Shown here piece after piece: positions 1 to 12,154 of a stretch of DNA of 64,000 nucleotides. The notes beneath the pieces were generated by a model. It saw only the letters and a program-made list of their open reading frames with translations. It searched no databases and was not told the origin of the DNA. The stretch comes from Octopus sinensis (taxonomy: Eukaryota). The position numbers and the translations under genes are program-made. Location: contig NW_021834237.1 of the NCBI RefSeq assembly GCF_006345805.1, forward strand, positions 6,150 to 70,149. The letters run 5' to 3'. Positions within the stretch are counted from its first letter, which is position 1, and each line of letters starts with the position of its first letter.

Positions 1-212
1 TCTGTGTTGGTCCCCCCAACATCGCTTGACAACCGATGCTGGTGTACTTACGTCCCCGCAACTTAGCGGTTCGGCAAAAGAGACCGATAGAATAAGTACA
101 AGGTTTACAAAGAATAGTCTTGGGGTCGATTTGTTCGACCAAAGGCGGTGCTCCAGCATGGCCGCAGTTAAATGACTGAAACGAGTAAAAGTGTAAAGTG
201 TAAAGTGTAAAA
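1..212 (+). mobile_element. SINE family A, 3' half (cut by window edge)
   Basis: Matches the 3' half of full copies (gcttgacaaccgatgctggtg...ggcggtgctccagcatggccgcagt...gactgaaac) and ends in a short repeat tail. Confidence 0.9.
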
Positions 213-220
213 ATGTATAT

Positions 221-256
<36 letters not shown>

Positions 257-377
257 AAGCCTTTGCGAAAATTACTTGATACAATTTTACTAAGTAGAAA
301 AAAAGCAATTTAAAAAAGATTTTTTAAAAAAAAGTTATAAATTCTTTATCAGAACGTCCCTAGCTTTTGTGGAAGAA

Positions 378-552
378 ATATACAACGGCTTCTTTCAGTT
401 TCCATCCATCAGGAACTAAATCCACTCACAAGGTTCTGATCGGCCCGGGACTGTGATAGAAGACACTTGCCTAAGGTGCTGTGCAGTGGGTCCGAACCCG
501 GAACCACATGATTGGGGAGCAAACTTCTTATCACACAATCACAGCAGCGTCT
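378..552 (-). mobile_element. SINE family A, diverged head fragment
   Basis: Diverged match to the family A head (ttctttcagtttcc...tccactcacaagg...gaagacacttgcc...aacccggaacca on +). Confidence 0.8.
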
Positions 553-651
553 ACATATAAGAACTTGGCTCTGGTTTTCATCTGCCTTTCACTCCGTCAC
601 CTGTTCTGACTAACAACCAATTCTTCGAAAGCCTACTTTGTTACATTCTCC

Positions 652-1066
652 CTCTTTACTCTTTTACTCTTTTACTTGTTTCAGTCATTTGACCGCGGCC
701 ATGCTGGAGCACCGCCTTTAGTCGAGCAACTCGACCCCGGGACTTATTCTTTTGTAAGCCCAGTACTTATTCTATCGGTCTCTTTTGCCGAACCGCTAAG
801 TAACGGGGACATAAACACACCAGCATCGGTTGTCAAGCAATGCTAGAGGGACAAACACAGACATACAAACACACACACGCATATACATATATATACATAT
901 ATACGACGGGCTTCTTTCAGTTTCCGTCTACCAAATCCACTCACAAGGCTTTGGTCGGCCCGAGGCTATAGTAGAAGACACTTACCCAAGGTGCCACGCA
1001 GTGGGACTGAACCCGGAACCATGTGGTTGGTAAACAAGCTACTTACCACAGAGCCACTCCTGCGCC
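652..1066 (-). mobile_element. SINE family A, full-length (tRNA-like head, internal TA/TG microsatellite, (gtaaaaga)n tail)
   Basis: Reverse complement of the copies at 10967 and 39154; head has A-box-like gtggctNtgtggtaag and B-box-like gggttcagtccc. Confidence 0.93.
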
Positions 1067-1835
1067 TGTTAGAAACAACTAACCAATCACCCTCTAAATA
1101 GCGGGGAAATACAATGGATAGTCCAAATTTATACATGCTATACTTGAGGATGGAGAAGGTATAGACATGGCCGATTTTAGACCTACTCAATTGGTACCGG
1201 CCTGGGGCTAAGCAGAAGCAGAAATAGCAGCAGCAGCAGCAGCAACAACCTCAGTAGCAGCAGTCACAACTTGCTGTTCTGTTTTTTTATTTGTACGAGC
1301 AACCGATGGACGACTTGTCCGTCCAGCCTGGTTATTGTGACACAACTGACGAGATTTATGTTGCTGAAATAATAAAACATTAGAAACGGCCAAAAACAAC
1401 AGAAAAATTATAAATACTCTTGATCACCGGTCATGTTTTTTTCCCATTTTTGTTTCATCATTGCAAACGAGTCAAGTCAGCGTTCTGGAATTAACTCATC
1501 GTATTACTGTAGTAGTTAGTTCTAATGCCACCAGACGGCGTTCCAGCTTCACTTTGTCTGACTCATTTATGACATGCAATTAATATATCACTTAGCAACG
1601 AAAACGCATTCTGTGATGAGTATAGGACTTTGCACAGATGATTTCATATTACTGTCAGGCCTGCAATAATACATTTAGATGTTGTTTGTAAGGGAATAAT
1701 CTTGTGTACTTTATATTTTCATACATTGACCTGTGTCATATTTTCTTTCAGTAATTTTGATATTACTTTTAATATCATACTAATTGTCATTTGTATCTTT
1801 GAACCCGAGCCTGTTGTATCAACATTCTACCCCAC

Positions 1836-1884
<49 letters not shown>

Positions 1885-2192
1885 ACACACACACACATAC
1901 ACACACATACACACACATACACACACACACACACAAAGAATATGTAACAAAACAATATGGAAGTGAATACAAAAGAAGAGTGCCATATATTCATATTCTT
2001 ATTATTGTACGGGTTTCAGTAATTGAACTAAATTAAGCTGGACCACCTGCATCAACGTATTTAATCGACTCCAGTACTTCGTCTGGTACTTCTTTTATCA
2101 TAACAAAACACTACAAGATATTTTTGCTTGGTATATCGATTTTTCTTCACAAAATTTATAAATGACAAAATTCATAAATGACAAAATTTTCC

Positions 2193-4727
2193 TAGGTGAA
2201 GAATGCACCCCACAACGACTTCAGGATCAGGGCTAAATGGATGCCCAGAAGACGACCGGCATGGTGGGGAAGATCTGGAATCTTAAGGAATGGACAAAGA
2301 TTTAAAGACATATTACTCGAAGCTTTTGACGAAATAAAGGGGATATATATAGCCTCACATAATGTGGAAGACAACTGGAGGTTTCTCCGAGACAGCCTGT
2401 TGAGGGCCACTGACCAGAACTTGCCAACTTGCGTCGTGAGGACCAAACACTTGAGGTTTTTTGTGTTGCAAGACAGTGCGTGAGAGAGAATCGTGATATC
2501 ATAGTAGAGAAATGTGTCCACATGGATGACGGCTGACTTACATTTAACGAGGCTGCAAGGAGAGAGACTTGGAGATAAATGAAGAGATTGAATGGGAGAA
2601 AGAGAGTTTGCCGAATGTCGACCCAACAGAGGGACCAGCTTTCCGAATCGACAGTACCCTGGTAGATAAAGCAATTAAGGGTATGAAGACAGGGAAAGCC
2701 CCCCGGCCCATCAGTAATCACCGCAGAGATGCTTAAAATATCTGGCGGTGTCGGCTATAGTCTAGTCACCCGTATAGTCAACCAGGTGATACATGAAGGA
2801 ATCATACCCAATGACTGGTGTAGCAGCACCATAGTCAACTGCTACAAAGGTAAAGGTGACGCATTAGATACAAATAATTACAGAGTTATCAAGTTGTTGG
2901 AACAGATAATGAAAGTAATGGAGAGGGTCATAGCCCAACTAATTAGGGAGAGAGTCAGTCTAGACGAGATGCAGTTTGGGTTTGTGCCAAGGAAAAGCAC
3001 TACCGATGCTATATTTCTGGTAAGACAGCTGCAGGAGGAATACCTAGCCAAAGATAAACATCTGTACCTGGTTTTCGTTGGCATGGAGAAAGCCTTTGAC
3101 AGGATCCCCCAATCCCTTATCTGGTGGTCAATGAGGAAACTAGGGATAGATGAATGGTTAGTGAGAGCTGTACAAACGATGTACAGGGACGCTGTCAGTA
3201 AGGTGAGGGTTGGCAACGAGTACAGTGAAGAATTCCAGGTAGGGGTAGGGATCAACCAAGGATCAATCCTCATCTCCCTCTTATTCATCATACTCCTTCA
3301 TACAATAACAGAGGAATTCAAGACAGGATGCCCCTGGGAGCTCCTCTATGCTGATGACCTTGCTCTAATTGCTGAGTCACTATCAGAACTAGAGGAGAAG
3401 TTTCAGGTGTTGAAGCAAGGATTAGAATCGAAGGGCCTTAGAGTCAACCTAGCTAAAACCAGCCTTAATAAGTAGGAAGGCAGACAAACCACAAATCCCT
3501 TCAGGTAGATGGCCCTGCTCGATCTGTAGAAAAGGCGTAGGTAGAAACTCCATAAGATGTACCCAGTGTAAGCTATGGACACATAAGAGATGCAGCAATA
3601 TCAAAGGAAGGCTAACTGAGAAGATAGTTTTTGTATGTGGCAAATGCTCAGGTGCAATAAACACTAAAAACGTTCAGAACAGCTTCCGTCACATTCCAGG
3701 GGGAAAAACTAGAAGTAGTTGATAGCTTCCGTTACCTAGATGACCAAGTCGGTAGCTTGGGTGGATGCTCTGAAAGTGTAGCAGCTAGAGTAAGGATAGC
3801 CTGGGTAAAGATCAGAGAGCTCCTACCTCTGCTAGTGACAAAGGGTCTCTCGCTCAGAGGTAGACTGTATGACGCATGTGTGCGAACAGCTATGCTACAT
3901 GTCAGTGAAACATGGTCGTCCGAGAACATGCGTACGCTTGCAAAGAATGAAGCCAGTATGCTCCGCTGGATGTGTAATGTCAGTGTGCATACTGAGTAAG
4001 CACCCTGAGAGGAAAGTTGGACTTAAGAGGTATCAGATGTGGTGTGAAAGAGAGACGACTATGCTTGTATGGTCATGTGTTGCGAATGGATGAGGACAAT
4101 TGTGTGAAAACGTGTCACACCCTAGTAGTTGAGGGAAACTTCGGAAGAGGTAGACCCAGAAAAACCTGGGATGAGGTGGTGAAGCACGACCTTCGAACAT
4201 TGGGCCTCCCCGACGCAATGACAAATGCCCGAGACCTTTGGAGATATGCTGTGTTTGAGAAGACCTGGCAAGCCTAGTGAGACCATAACCGTGGCTTATG
4301 TCAGTGCTGTATAACCAGCCCATTTAAGAATACCCTTCAATCATTGGACAATAAACTATGCTTGCGAAGATCTGTTGAGGCAAGGGAAATCAAAATCGCT
4401 GACGTGGCCGATGACAGTACCGCCTGATTGGTACCCATGCCAGTGGAACGTTAGAAGTATCATTCGAGCATGATCGTTGCCAGGGCTACTGACTGGCTCC
4501 CGTGTTGGTGGTACATAAAAAGAAATATTTGAGCGTGGCCGATGCCAGCACCGCCTTTCTGGCACTCGGGCCGGTGACACGTAAAAGCACCCACTACACT
4601 CTCGGAATGGTTGGCGTTAGGAAGGGCTGGAGACTGGTGCAGCCTTCTGGCTCGCCAGCCCTCAGTCAAACCGTCCAACCCATGCCAGCATGGAAAAGCG
4701 GACGCTAAAAGATGACGATGATGATGT
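2193..4727 (+). mobile_element. 5'-truncated, frameshifted RTE-clade LINE (reverse transcriptase, C4HC3 zinc finger, C-terminus, 3' UTR, (GAT)n tail)
   Basis: ORF 2729-3475 has RT motifs (NYRVIKLL, QFGF, EKAFD, GINQGS, LLYADD); further pieces at 3757-3999 and 4017-4277 include GRGRPRKTW; ends gatgacgatgatgatg. Confidence 0.93.
2729..3475 (+). pseudogene. RTE non-LTR reverse transcriptase fragment
   Basis: 248-aa ORF with YADD and upstream RT motifs; frameshifted on both sides. Confidence 0.9.
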
Positions 4728-4839
4728 AATAATTCTATTCATCATTAAAACTCGTTTTGAAACAGCTGAGTGAACCAATTTCCATCAGTTGTTATTTATT
4801 CATTACAGCCACACCACCCACCTACGTATAGACTGGTAG

Positions 4840-5010
4840 TCTGTCGGTTACGACGATGAACGTTTCACTTGATCCGATCAACGGAATAGTCTGTTCGTGA
4901 AATTAACGCGCAAGTGGCTGAGCGCACCACAGACATGCATACCTTTAGCGTAGTTCTCAGGCAGATTCAGCGTGACACAGAGTGTGACAAGGTCAGCCCT
5001 TTGAGTTACA
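4840..5010 (-). mobile_element. Diverged SINE family B 3' fragment
   Basis: gtcggttacgacga...cgtgaaattaacg...cagcgtgacacagag matches the family B body. Confidence 0.75.
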
Positions 5011-5132
5011 GGTGCTACTCATTTTTGCTAGCTGAGTGAAATAACGTATCTTGCCCAAGGACCTTACTACCTTGAGCTGCTTACCCTATCGACTAAACCA
5101 CATGCCTTCATATCTATCTATCTATCTATCTA

Positions 5133-5168
<36 letters not shown>

Positions 5169-5221
5169 CCTATCTATATGTGTGTGTGTGTACATGTGTG
5201 TGTATGCGCATACACGCACAC

Positions 5222-5260
<39 letters not shown>

Positions 5261-6172
5261 TGTATATATATATATATATGTGTTGTGGTGTGTGTGTGTG
5301 TATATATATATGTATATATATATATATATATTATATATATACAATAAATATAATATATATATAATATACACAATATATATATATATATGTGTGTGTGTGT
5401 TGTGTGTTGTGGTGTTGTGTGTGCGTGGTGTGTGTGTGTGCGCGCGCGCATTTGTGTTTGCGCTGTAATTGTCCCAACCACCGTTTGACAACCGGTGTTG
5501 GTGTGTTTACGTCTTCGTAACTTAGCACTTGTGCAAAAGAAAGAGACAGAATAAGTAACCGGCTTGCTTAAAAATAAGTACTGGGGTTAATTCGTTCCAT
5601 TAAATGACTTTGTTCTGCCCAACAGCTACAATGATATAATTTACGACGAGCTTTTCCTTGTACTGAAAGAGAATTATAATTTGGAAGTGTTGGCTTTTTT
5701 GGGGACGATTTAGTGTATGTATGTGAGCCATCAGCGACCGGGATAGTAAATTTCTGATTATATTGGTTGGTTGAAAAATATCTAAGTTCTGTGGGTTCTA
5801 AAACACGACGAAGACATGTTGAAAGTCGGAGAAGCAATGAAGAGAAATAATAAGAATGTTAATGATGTTGCTCCTCCTCCATCAGTTAGTTTGCTACCCC
5901 AGCCTAAATTTAACCTGGTTGAACAACCAGCTCCACTCAACAGAACAAAAAGGGGGAAAAAAAGGAACAATGGAAAACATTCTCCTGATTCCTGTCATTA
6001 CAAGGAAGGTTCTGTTCGCTTTTATCTCAGAAATGACCACACATCATTAGCCTGTTGACCCAGAAGCATAGAAAAATATCTGGGGACCAAATGAAATTAG
6101 CACTGGCGAAGCAGTGAATGAAACTACGTTAGTTGCAGATGACAACTTAGATTTAGGAAATTAACTATTTGA

Positions 6173-6325
6173 TGTGTGGTAAGTAGCTTGCTTACGAACC
6201 GCATGGTTCCGGGTTCAGTCCCACTGCATGGCACCTTGGGCAAGTGTCTTCTACTATAGCCTCGGGCCGACCAAAGCCTTGTGAGTAGATTTGGTAGACG
6301 GAAACTGAAAGAAGCCTGTCGTAAT

Positions 6326-6412
<87 letters not shown>

Positions 6413-6637
6413 TTGTGTGTTTGTGTGTCTGTGTTTGTCTCCCTAGCATTGCTTGACAACCGATGCTGGTGTCTTTATGTCCCCGTCACTTAGCGGTTCG
6501 GCAAAAGAGACCGATAGAATAAGTACTAGGCTTACAAAGAATAAGTCCCGGGGTCGAGTTGCTCGATTAAAAGGCGTTGCTCCAGCATGGCCGCAGTCAA
6601 ATGACTGAAACAAGTAAAAGAGTAAAAGAGAGAGTAA
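6173..6637 (+). mobile_element. SINE family A, near full-length
   Basis: Head, expanded (TA)n core, 3' half and gtaaaaga tail. Confidence 0.93.
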
Positions 6638-7077
6638 ATCTCTTAAGGGTACACATAGAGATTAATGGTCGACATATTGAAGTGAAAGTTAACAAAGGAT
6701 CAGTGCTTCAATGATCGGCTGTACCGCATTTGAAAATTTGTTGAGTGAATCTGATATGTCAAAACTCAAACTCCTAACAGAAATTATCAACCCATAAAAG
6801 GAAAAAGCATCTTACTGTGTGGTTTTTGAGGTGTCTGTGGGTTATGATGGGTGACATTTTTGTTTGCTGTTGATAAATATTCCTGCCGATGGCTCCATAC
6901 TTTTGGGAAGGAACTGGTTGCAAGACGTATTTTCAGCTGGAAGCACATCCACCAGTTAAAGGCTGTGAACCTGTTATCAAATATATTATAGCAAATTATT
7001 CTGATGTTTTTAAGACGAATTAGATATATTAAATAGCTTCATTACAAAACTAAGCGTTAATTTTGAAATGAAACCCG

Positions 7078-8420
7078 TAACACAATGTAACACATGTTTT
7101 ATTTATTTGTATTTTTAATGTTCACATATGCATTTTTTGCCACTAAATTAAAAAATTACATTCGTTTTGACGTAACATCGATAGTTATTTATTTATTCCT
7201 AATTTCATATTTGCTCGTTATATTTGTAACTTTTCTCTACAGCACTTTGTTGGTTCAATCTATTCTGTATTGTAAGGATAATTACACAACATTTAGTACT
7301 TCTTCATATATTGAAAGGTATTTAGGAATTATAATATTAGTTAGAACAAAAAGAAACAATAAAACTCTGCACTGTAAATGCCTTGATAACTCTTTTCTTA
7401 AGATGAAAAGTGCTTTGACGATCGAAATTTTCTGGAGTGTATACCTTCATCTCTTCTGACTAGAGACCATATATAATCTCCCATCATAGCAGTATTCCAT
7501 CGTCCTTGGTATCTTCTTTCCATAGTTGCGACGTCCTGATGAAATCTCTCACCATGATCCTCACTTCATGGCGTTTCCAGTACACAGATGTCTTGCAGTC
7601 TTCCCCCAGTAGATTCCATTCCTTCAACCTTCATGAAAGTTCAGCTCCTGGCTTAGTAAGACCCAGATCCCTGATTAAATCATCTAGCACACTCTGATTT
7701 GGAAAGTGAGGCTCTGAAGTCGTTCATGGTACGAAAGCTTCCTCCATTTCTTGGCTGCTGCTACTTGTTGACTCTTCAGATGAAATATTTTCTGGTGGTA
7801 GTGATACTCGTAAACTGTCAGGTGCTCTAGATGATGGTATGTCTGGATACTGAAGGGATTGTCTTCTTTTCACTTTTCTGTACTTTGTCACATCGATCAT
7901 ATAAAAGTAACAGTCATCGTGATGGTTCTTTGGCTCCCTCCATACCCTTGGAATGGCAAAAAGCATTGACCTTCCTGTACCTCTTAACCATCATAGAGTA
8001 GACTGACAGCTTCCACATATCACATGTTTGTTCTGGTCACCCATGGGCATCCCGAAATAGTCTGTACGCTATCCACAATATAGCACCTTTCACGATCTTA
8101 TGTAATACCTGCTTTTTTCCAATATAATAACCACACACATAGCAAAATGTATCTGGAGAATTTTTACATACTTCAGTAGCCATCCTGAAAATAGTAGAAC
8201 TTAGTAATTGGTCTGAAAGAGAAAATTAGACATACATTTAGTAGCGGAACATTATAACAATACCGAATATATAATAACATTGAAAGTCGACATATTTTTT
8301 TAACTGTTGATGATACACAAAAAATAATTTCATTTTTGGAATCAGCAGAAAAAATGGATTGATAAACAATAAAAAAATACAATAAACAAATTTTTTTTGA
8401 AAATTGTTACGTTGTGTAAT
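7078..8420 (-). mobile_element. Internally deleted cut-and-paste DNA transposon (superfamily uncertain)
   Basis: Minus strand encodes FCYVCG, FAIPRVWREPKNHHDDCYF..YPDIPSS and C-terminal HGERFHQDVATMERRYQGRWNTAMMGDYIWSL; imperfect TIRs acacaatgtaaca (~7080) and tgttacgttgtgt (~8405-8417), with TA at both ends. Confidence 0.8.
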
Positions 8421-9125
8421 CTGCAAAGCATGACATATACATTTTGCCTTGCGTGAACACTTGACCGTCTTGAGTGTCAGCATTACTGACTCTGTTCATT
8501 ATTCAGAATGGGTCACTCCTATAGTTGCGGTTGTTGAAACTGACAAAACTTCGTTTGTACGGGAATTACAGAGTTCTCTATCCTTGACTAATATCTTGTC
8601 CCACGAAACGATAATTTGTATGCAAAGTTAAGGATGGATAAAAAATTCACAAAACTTAATTTTGAGGTCTGCATTGTTACAAGTGATACTGGGTGAAGAT
8701 TTGAAACTACATCATAATCAAACCGCATAGTCATTATAGGTTCCGGCGCCTCAGTTTCTAGCTAAAGTCGGTCCCGAGTATCTGTCAATGTTATATGGAG
8801 AATCTGTTGATAGCATGAGACCGAGCATTAACATCGAGTTAACAGCATTTCGTTTTGCGTGTTCTCCTTCATAAGTGTAAGTTTATGACACCACTCGTCA
8901 CCTGTCTAGGTTATGGATTGACTCCAAAACCCAGATTATGGACAAAATTTGCGCTTTTCTAGATGCATCAGCTCATCACAGTGCGAAGAAACTCAAAACA
9001 ATTCTGGGATTTTTCCAGTTTTACTCTCGGTATGTTCCGAACGATAGGGTCTAGAAAGACAGGAGTGTCCGGCTAGATGACGGTACGCACCACCCTAAAC
9101 ATTAGGTCACAGATTTATATACATA

Positions 9126-9438
9126 CTAGCAGTATCGCCCGGCGTTGCTCGGGTTTGTAATGGAAATAACTATAAAGCATTCTTAGAGAGTTATAGCCAA
9201 AAAATAGCAAAAAAAATGCATTAAAAATGGAAAAAAAATTATGGTAAATTTCTTTTTAAATCGTTGACTCATCGTAGACATTTTTAGAGAGTTACTTCCC
9301 TTAAATATGCCAAAAATGCATTAAAATGGGGAAAATTGATGGTAATTTTTTTTTTAAATCGTAGACTCATCGTAGACGCGCGCTAATACCCAGAAGGGAT
9401 CGATATGAATCACGACTATAAGATACCCGGTTTTGGTT
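9126..9438 (-). mobile_element. Non-autonomous Helitron-type element, 5'-truncated
   Basis: CTAG terminus and subterminal hairpin cccgagcaacgccggg; body matches 11762-12154. Confidence 0.85.
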
Positions 9439-10184
9439 ATAAAAGGCTTCAAAAGTCTTGCGTGATGCTGTTTGACCTGGAGAATTAGAAATGAACATAA
9501 ATACAGACAGACGACAATGTCACTCTCTTCAGATATTTCTCTTGGACCTTCTTTATGTGTCGCCCTTTAAACTCCTTTAAAGCACCTCTCTTCTACTTTC
9601 CTTTGTATTTTAGTTGCTCCCTGTGTGTGTGTGTGTGTGTGTGTGTGCACGCGCGCGAATGCAAGTGCGTGACAGAGAAGAGATGTGTATAGGAGAGGCC
9701 TAGAGAGAATAGGAAGTTTGAGAAAATAGGAATACACGAGAGAAGAGAAAAAAGATGGAAGTGAGAGAAAGAGAGGCAGAAGAGAAAAAGGGAGGGGAAA
9801 GAGAGAAAGAGAAGAAGGAGAGGGAAAAGGGACAGGGAGGAAAGAAAAGGAGGTGGAAGAGAGAAAAAGAGGGAGTCATTTCTCTTGCTTGCTGACATCT
9901 GTGGGTTGTATTCCCTCTCCCCACATCGTATTTCTATGTTCGCGATGACAGATGCCGGATGCAAATTCATCTTCACGTCATTTCAACCAATCACTCATCA
10001 CCTTTGCAATCTCCCCCCCTCTCTCTCTCGCTCTCTCTCGCTCTCTCTCGCTCTTCCTCACAGATTCAAATCTTTCTCTAGACCTTACTCTCTCCTCTCA
10101 TTTCTCTCTCTCTTTCTCTCACCTCTCTCGTATTAATTCGCTTTCCTGTCGTTCTCTTATTCTTCCCTGTCTGTCTCTCTGTCT

Positions 10185-10217
<33 letters not shown>

Positions 10218-10595
10218 CCAGCTCGTCTCTCCCTTCTTCTCACGTTCTCTTTCTTTCTCTTCTTGTCCATCATCCTGTTCACTCAGTTTTCTTCTCTCAG
10301 CGAACTCAGTCTACAAGTAAAAAGCATGAACATCTCAAATTCCCATTTCCACAATTTTCCAAAATTTTCGTGTTTTCATATTCTTTATTCTTTCAATAGT
10401 TCCAGTCATTGGACCGTGACATGCTGCGACACAACTTTCAATTTTTTTTTCGAGTCGATGATATCGAAGTTAGTATTATGTCTAGCATATTTTATCGATC
10501 TCTAATTAGCGAATGACTAATAATTGGAAGGCAATAAATACCAGAAGACATTTTGTGTTTTGATGCATCAATTTATCGGCAATCCTTTGCTACTA

Positions 10596-10720
10596 CCAAC
10601 CACCACCACCAACCACCACCAAAACCACCACCAAAGCCACCACCACCACCACCACCACCACCACTACCACCACCAAAACCACCACCACCACCACCACCAC
10701 TACCACCACCACCACCATCA
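10596..10720. repeat. (CCA)n microsatellite
   Basis: Direct inspection. Confidence 0.95.
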
Positions 10721-10966
10721 CAAAAATGTACATGGAAACTGATTTTGGAAGAGTAAATAAAACTGTGTTAGAATAAACGAAGCAGTCCTTGAAATTCATT
10801 CTATAAAACAACACCCCAATCGTCATATTGGCCCAACGGTATCGAAAACAAAAACAAATACAAATTTATCCACTTCGACACAGAATATTATTAAATGTCC
10901 ATCAACCAGAATTTTTTTTATGACGCCATCAATTTCGCCAGAAAAATAATTAATATCATACACATA

Positions 10967-11375
10967 GGCGCAGGAGTGGCTGTGTGGTAAGTAGCTTGCT
11001 AACCAACCACATGGTTCCGGGTTCAGTCCCACTGCGTGGCATCTTGGGCAAGTGTCTTCTGCTATAGCCCCGGACCGACCAATGCCTTGTGAGTGGATTT
11101 GGTAGACGGAAACTGAAAGAAGCCTGTCGTATATATGTATATATATATGTGTATGTGTGTGTTTGTGTGTCTGTGTTTGTCCCCCTAGCATTACTTGACA
11201 ACCGATGCTGGTGTGTTTACGTCCCCGTTACCTAGCGGTTCGGCAAAACAGATCGATAGAATAAGTACTGAGCTTACAAAGAATAAGTCCCGGGGTCGAT
11301 TTGCTCGACTAAAAGGCGGTGCTCCAGCATGGCCGCAGTCAAATGACTGAAACAAGTAAAAGAGAGTAAAAGAGA

Positions 11376-11377
<2 letters not shown>
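10967..11377 (+). mobile_element. SINE family A, full-length
   Basis: ggcgcaggagtggctgtgtggtaag head through aagtaaaagagagtaaaagagag tail. Confidence 0.95.
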
Positions 11378-11422
<45 letters not shown>

Positions 11423-11761
11423 TATATAATATATTATAATATATATATATAATGTATATATATGTAACGGTAGAGTCATCAATTTGTAATCGATGCCTGT
11501 TATGGTGCAACGTCGGGATCGCCAATTTGTAACGGTAGAAGTTTATTTTTGTAACGGTTGAAATTAATTGATTGCCATTATGTAAAGATGAAAGAACAGT
11601 GATTGAAGTTGAAAAGAAAATATTTATTTTACCGTTACATTGCAACATACCTTGCCTGGACGGGCAGGGGATAAAATCGTAAAGCATGCGAAGTAAAGAT
11701 AGATGTCGTAGATTTTCCTTGTATAGTTTGTGTTTGTGTTCTCGTCATTGTATAGTAGTAA

Positions 11762-12154
11762 TCTTTATATATAAAAGTGAGGTTGTGTGCTGTCTGTCTC
11801 CTACGATTTAGATTCCTAACTACTCCCACATTTTGCGGTGCAGTTTAACGAAAACCAGGTATCTTAGTCGTGATTCATATCGAGCCCTTCTGGGTATTAG
11901 CGCGCGTCTACGATGAGTCTACGATTTAAAAAAAAATTACCATCATTTTTTCCCATTTTTAATGCATTTTTGGCATATATAAGGGAAGTAACTCTCTAAA
12001 AATTTATTATTAAATCTCAGAACGTAAAAAGCTACAGTAACACCCCCCCTTTGTGGTTAGCCATATTGAGATGGCTATTATACTTTACATCTCTAAAAAT
12101 GCTTATATAGTTACTTCCCTTACAAACCCGAGCAACGCCAGGCGATACTGCTAG
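11762..12154 (+). mobile_element. Non-autonomous Helitron-type element, full-length
   Basis: 5' TC, 3' CTAG, GC-rich hairpin just upstream of the 3' end, inserted between A and T with no TSD. Confidence 0.88.

Larger units (their letters stand above)
5750..9045 (+). mobile_element. Highly decayed Gypsy-like LTR retrotransposon gag/pol relic, interrupted by a SINE and a DNA transposon
   Basis: Knuckle-like GKHSPDSCHYKE..DHTSLAC (~5970-6058), protease-end LLGRNWL (~6900), KPV|ICKA split by the insertion, RT-like SEWVTPIVAV (~8505) and KKFTKL (~8640). No LTR recognised. Confidence 0.6.

Noticed and set aside
830-1033. Recurrent small ORFs such as [38 protein letters not shown]
   Set aside because: Antisense translations of SINE A; recurrence reflects copy number.
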